From Methanobacteriota archaeon (GTDB lineage Archaea > Halobacteriota > Bog-38 > Methanoflorentales > Methanoflorentaceae), in assembly GCA_963719035.1 (NCBI GenBank), contig CAVRAO010000002.1, positions 480,001-544,000 on the forward strand: a DNA stretch of 64,000 bases, written 5' to 3'. Under the pieces are notes generated by a model. That model saw only the letters and a program-made list of their open reading frames with translations. It was not told the DNA's origin and made no database searches. A program made the translations under genes and the position numbers. Positions 60,191-64,000 of the stretch are shown one piece after another; within the stretch, counting starts at the first letter, position 1; each line of letters starts with the position of its first letter.

Positions 60191-61132
60191 TTAGCGATGC
60201 TCCCAATCCTGCAACGTGGTAGGGCTCGGGCTTTTGGCTTTTTCCTCAGCGTCGATTTCGGATGCTCGTATTCCGAGGAGCTCCATGAGCGTGAGTGCAT
60301 TATGTGGCGCGTTCCCGCGCGGATGGTTATTGAAATAAACCCAGACCGACCTCGTCCCGCCTAAATCGGCCTTCATCTTTGTTATCCGCCCTTTCCACGG
60401 TTCGAGTTCCTCCTCGGTGTATATATAATCGTACCGTACCGACCGATCAGGGCCCTCACCTTTGTGCTTTTTAAACCACTCTTCAGTGTTTCTGCCGTGC
60501 AACCGTATGTACGCCCCCGTTCTTGCAGCGGAATCCGTTATCACCGTGGGAAATGACGGCCCATCCACAATGCAAAGCCCGACGTTGTTGCGTTCGAGCA
60601 CCTCCTTCGTTCCTGGCTCCAGCTCTTGCCGTGTCACATCGAGCCACGAGACATGTCGAAACTCTACAAAATAGGCATATTCGTCTGTGTTTAGCTTGTT
60701 AAAGAACGCATCAAGCTTTTCCAAGTTGTCAGTCCTATAACCGTGCTCAATACGTTTGACGTAAGGGGTAAGTTGGACAAGAATGGCACCAAGCAACTCA
60801 TTTTGATGCATTGGAGAGACAACGGCGCGCTCAAATTCGGAGGCTAATGCGTCTAGCTCATTAAGTTCATAAAATCGCGGGAACTTTAACGAGTACTCGA
60901 ACCCTTCGTGCTTCTTGCCCTTCTCGATCCAGATATCGGTAAGCCTCTGGTTGGGGATGTTATAATACGTGCTGTTAATTTCGACCGTTTGAAAGAGGCT
61001 GGCGTAATAATCAAGCCATTTTGGTTTTTCATCATTTGGATAGAAAGGACCGACCCAGTCGTCGTAGCTCCATCCGCTTGTCCCAACCTTTATCTGATCA
61101 CGCAAGTGGCTTGCCCGTGTGAACGCGCCCAC
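60191..61132 (-). CDS. DUF72 family protein
   Basis: VGTSGWSYDDWVGPFYP, TVEINSTYY, YIRLHGRN, YFNNH. Confidence 0.93.
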   Translation of the reverse strand: MGAFTRASHLRDQIKVGTSGWSYDDWVGPFYPNDEKPKWLDYYASLFQTVEINSTYYNIPNQRLTDIWIEKGKKHEGFEYSLKFPRFYELNELDALASEFERAVVSPMHQNELLGAILVQLTPYVKRIEHGYRTDNLEKLDAFFNKLNTDEYAYFVEFRHVSWLDVTRQELEPGTKEVLERNNVGLCIVDGPSFPTVITDSAARTGAYIRLHGRNTEEWFKKHKGEGPDRSVRYDYIYTEEELEPWKGRITKMKADLGGTRSVWVYFNNHPRGNAPHNALTLMELLGIRASEIDAEEKAKSPSPTTLQDWEHR

Positions 61133-61385
61133 GTTTAGCTCCTATGTTGATACCACAGTACCAACCACACAAAGTAATTGACGCTCAACTTTATGAACCC
61201 TGTGACGATGCCCCAATTCTAGTCGAGCCAAAAAGGCGCCTGAAGCTATGCAAGCTTGCGTGCGCCACCTACCCACTATTTCTGCACACCTCGTTGCCTT
61301 ATTTTCAGCAGCACCTCGAGACTGAAGCTAGCACGCGTGACCGGCTTCAAAACCCTTAAATAGCAACCAAATGAAAGGATAGGCT

Positions 61386-61634
61386 GTGAACGTAAAAGCT
61401 TATACGCTCAGTACATGCCCGCATTGTCGCATGACAAAGGAGTTTCTTAGCGACAACAACGTTGATTTTGAGTACGTTGACGTCGACTTGTTGACTGGTG
61501 AAAAACGCACTGAAGTTCTCCGTGAGGTTTATCGACTAACCGGCGCGTATTCGTTTCCGGTCATCGTTGTGGGTGATGCCGTAATCGTCGGGTTCAACAA
61601 AGAGAAGCTGCAAAAAGTGTTGGAGCTCACGTAA
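61386..61634 (+). CDS. Glutaredoxin/NrdH-like protein
   Basis: TCPHC, SFPVIVVGD..IVGF. Confidence 0.9.
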   Translation: MNVKAYTLSTCPHCRMTKEFLSDNNVDFEYVDVDLLTGEKRTEVLREVYRLTGAYSFPVIVVGDAVIVGFNKEKLQKVLELT

Positions 61635-61792
61635 CCGCTGCAAAATGCAGCTGCTCTAAACAGGAGCGTTATTACGAAAGTGTGCCAAGCATTGCGAAGT
61701 TTATGCAGCACGCTTGTCTTATTTGTTGAGACTTGTTGGGTAACGCGCTGACTATCTCATATGTTGTTCAAGGCAGTTTGCAAGGAGGAAAA

Positions 61793-62104
61793 ATGGCAGG
61801 TTGTATAGAACAGATGGACTATGAGATCCTGCTGAAGAACGCCTCTTTCAAACAGTCAACGCATTATATCAGCGAACATGCCAAAGAAGTGTATTACGTG
61901 GGTGCTGGATTCAAGGTCTTTGACCGGCGTTTAATCGGGCTTCCACCGGTGCCAGTCGGAATCGGTCCCTCCTACATCATGCTCACCTACGTCAAACCGT
62001 GCCACGGGTCCTTCGTTCTAAAAATGCCTCGTGACGAAGAAGAAGTAGCCAGAATCGTTGCTGAGGATAAGAAGTATAAAGATAAACGCAAGCGCGTTGG
62101 TTAG
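61793..62104 (+). CDS. DUF1894 family protein
   Basis: GCIEQMDYEILL, IGLPPVPVG, YVKPCHG; AGGAGG RBS. Confidence 0.8.
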   Translation: MAGCIEQMDYEILLKNASFKQSTHYISEHAKEVYYVGAGFKVFDRRLIGLPPVPVGIGPSYIMLTYVKPCHGSFVLKMPRDEEEVARIVAEDKKYKDKRKRVG

Positions 62105-62272
62105 CGCACACGTATTTTCAGCGTGCCCGTCTTGGCAATCCTATGTTATGACCTCACCGCTTAGGTCACTCTATTCTCAAGCGATCAGAGCCTTCCTGAT
62201 TATGTAAACAGCGCTTTTTTAGTCTTCCGTTCTACTGATCCCGCAACATTCTCAACTTATAAAGCGGGCAGA

Positions 62273-62743
62273 TCAGATTCGGGTCGCCCGGGATTTATGC
62301 CCGATGCCCTCAACGTAGTCTTTCAATGCACGTAGCTGCACCCTCAACAGTCGTTCTGTAGAACTGCTAATAAAGTGGTTGCGATAATCGGAGTTAGTAT
62401 CCGCAAACACTTCAGTCGCAGAAACGATCGTTTTGGGGCCGAACGGCCTAAATTCGTACGTCGTCGTCCCGCTCGAACCAAGAACCTCACCACTTAAGAC
62501 AATCTTCCTTCCCGGTAGCACCTGTTGCACAAACGAGCGAGTGGTTGCTTGAATTGGAGTGAACTCAGTTTTATATCGCATGACAAACGCACCTCCGGGC
62601 GCCCATATATTTCCTCCCGAGATACCTGTGACTCCAAGGATTAGTGGATTCCATTCGCTCCAGCGATGAATGTCTGTGAACACTTCCCACACGAGCTGTG
62701 ACGTGGCGCTCACATCGGTCGTAGCTGAAACGCGAATGGGCAC
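62273..62743 (-). CDS. SRPBCC/polyketide cyclase family protein
   Basis: VWEVFTDIHRWSEWNP, ALKDYVE. Confidence 0.82.
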   Translation of the reverse strand: MPIRVSATTDVSATSQLVWEVFTDIHRWSEWNPLILGVTGISGGNIWAPGGAFVMRYKTEFTPIQATTRSFVQQVLPGRKIVLSGEVLGSSGTTTYEFRPFGPKTIVSATEVFADTNSDYRNHFISSSTERLLRVQLRALKDYVEGIGHKSRATRI

Positions 62744-62982
62744 AACACGTCGTTAGCGGTCAAAGAAGATAAGACTTAGGAAATAGCAAGCGTTGAGTTT
62801 CCTTGGGGCCCAACAAAAACGTTGTAGGCGCCTCCGGATCAGAAGGTAATATCTATACTTCAAAGCAACCGCGTGATCCCACTATCGCACTCACAAGCAC
62901 GCCCAACCCCGCGTCGTTACCACGCGCAGCTGGCGAAGTTATTTACGTGCGCAATCACAGAATTCGACAGCGGTGATATTAG

Positions 62983-63123
62983 TTGGCAAAATGGATTTGC
63001 AGTATCTGTGAGTATGTCTATGATGAAGAAGTGGAGGGTGTTCCGTTCAGTGAACTCCCTGACGATTGGGTCTGTCCCGCTTGTGGCGTTGACAAGTCCT
63101 TGTTTGAAGAAGAGCGCGACTGA
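62983..63123 (+). CDS. Rubredoxin (missed by the ORF track)
   Basis: TTG start after GGTGA; [15 protein letters not shown]...[20 protein letters not shown]. Confidence 0.92.
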   Translation: MAKWICSICEYVYDEEVEGVPFSELPDDWVCPACGVDKSLFEEERD

Positions 63124-63325
63124 AAAATAAGGCTTGCGCATTTTTAGCTTTTTTGCTTCCGCTGATTGCCGCTGTCCCGTTAAGAATTGGACAGCGTTTT
63201 TCTTTTCACGCTCTTTTTATTATAGACTCAACACCGCAGCTAAGAAGATTAACGGGTTCGCTGCTGGTTCTCCTTTTGAAAGCTGACCAGCAGCGTATGA
63301 ATATTTACAGCAGCAGCTTAAGTTC

Positions 63326-64000
63326 TTAGGAAATGCCAATGAACGCCCGAGCGATTTGCTCCTCTTCCGGTTGCTTTGTCATCAAGCTCACGACGATGAG
63401 CAATATGAAGGAGAGCGGGATCGCGACAAAGAGCGGATCGAGCAGGCCAAGCGGGGCTGCTACGTTGACTCCAGTTATTTTGGGCGCTGTTTTCGAGTAC
63501 ACAAACATGTACCACAACAACGTTGCTGCAAGTCCGCCGACCATGCTAGCGATGACCCCTAATGTCGTTGCTCGTTTCCAATAGAGGGCAGCTGCAAACG
63601 GAGCAAGGAACGTCGCACCGAGAGCGCCAAAAGCAAACGTGCAAAGAAACGCAACGGCGTCAGGCGGGTACAGGGAAAGCAGCAAGGTAACTACGATGAC
63701 AATCAGGGTCGCGACTTTTGTGACAGTCATCGTGGCAGCACCGCCGAGACCCCTCTTGATAGTTTTATCGTAAAGGTCGCGCCCAACCGCAGAGCCGCTT
63801 GTGTGGAATAACGCACTCGCTGTTGACATAGAAGCTGAGAGGATAGCAAACATGAAGAGGTAAACGAACCATATAGGGAACACTGTGTTTATCAGCGTAG
63901 GCATCACCAGATCTGCGTTTGTTGGGACGGTTATGCCGTTGTTGTTGAAGATCACGTTAGAGAGTGCGCCCACAGTGAACGCGATGTAGGTCGTGAAGAA
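63326..64000 (-). CDS. Sodium:solute symporter, 3' part (runs off the right edge)
   Basis: AILSASMSTAS, LYWKRAT..G..ASM..G, VSLMTK. Confidence 0.9.
   Translation of the reverse strand, partial: FFTTYIAFTVGALSNVIFNNNGITVPTNADLVMPTLINTVFPIWFVYLFMFAILSASMSTASALFHTSGSAVGRDLYDKTIKRGLGGAATMTVTKVATLIVIVVTLLLSLYPPDAVAFLCTFAFGALGATFLAPFAAALYWKRATTLGVIASMVGGLAATLLWYMFVYSKTAPKITGVNVAAPLGLLDPLFVAIPLSFILLIVVSLMTKQPEEEQIARAFIGIS

Noticed and set aside
62873-63141. ORF-track calls 62873-63130 (+) and 62917-63141 (-)
   Set aside because: They overlap a clear rubredoxin in another frame

Overview
Archaeal methanogen DNA (Halobacteriota/Methanomicrobia-like, inferred from gene content). 1-27.9 kb is core genome. 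It holds a fwdG-fwdF-hdrC-hdrB-hdrA-mvhD-fwdD-fwdB-fwdA-fwdC operon (minus strand; hdrA has a 1-nt frameshift), a divergent mvhG-mvhA hydrogenase pair, methanogenesis marker 2, an RFC large subunit with an unusual ~110-aa duplicated helical insert, truA, carAB, argG, a thermosome subunit, and CMD and SPFH genes. About 28-57.7 kb is a compositionally mosaic, pseudogene-rich accessory region ending at the 3' end of a tRNA-Val(GAC) gene, with no recognisable integrase or transposase. It carries ~175-bp inverted repeats containing a 100-bp MITE-like element, ~150-bp direct repeats, a tRNA 3' fragment, a frameshifted TFE paralog, a GH47 mannosidase, a GuaAB paralog, a radical SAM/methyltransferase/DUF2064 operon, LemA/DUF2207 and two related outward-facing ORFs, one of which reads into the tRNA. 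58-64 kb is ordinary: ABC transporter, DUF72, glutaredoxin, DUF1894, rubredoxin and a partial sodium:solute symporter. All calls come from reading motifs by eye; no database search was run.
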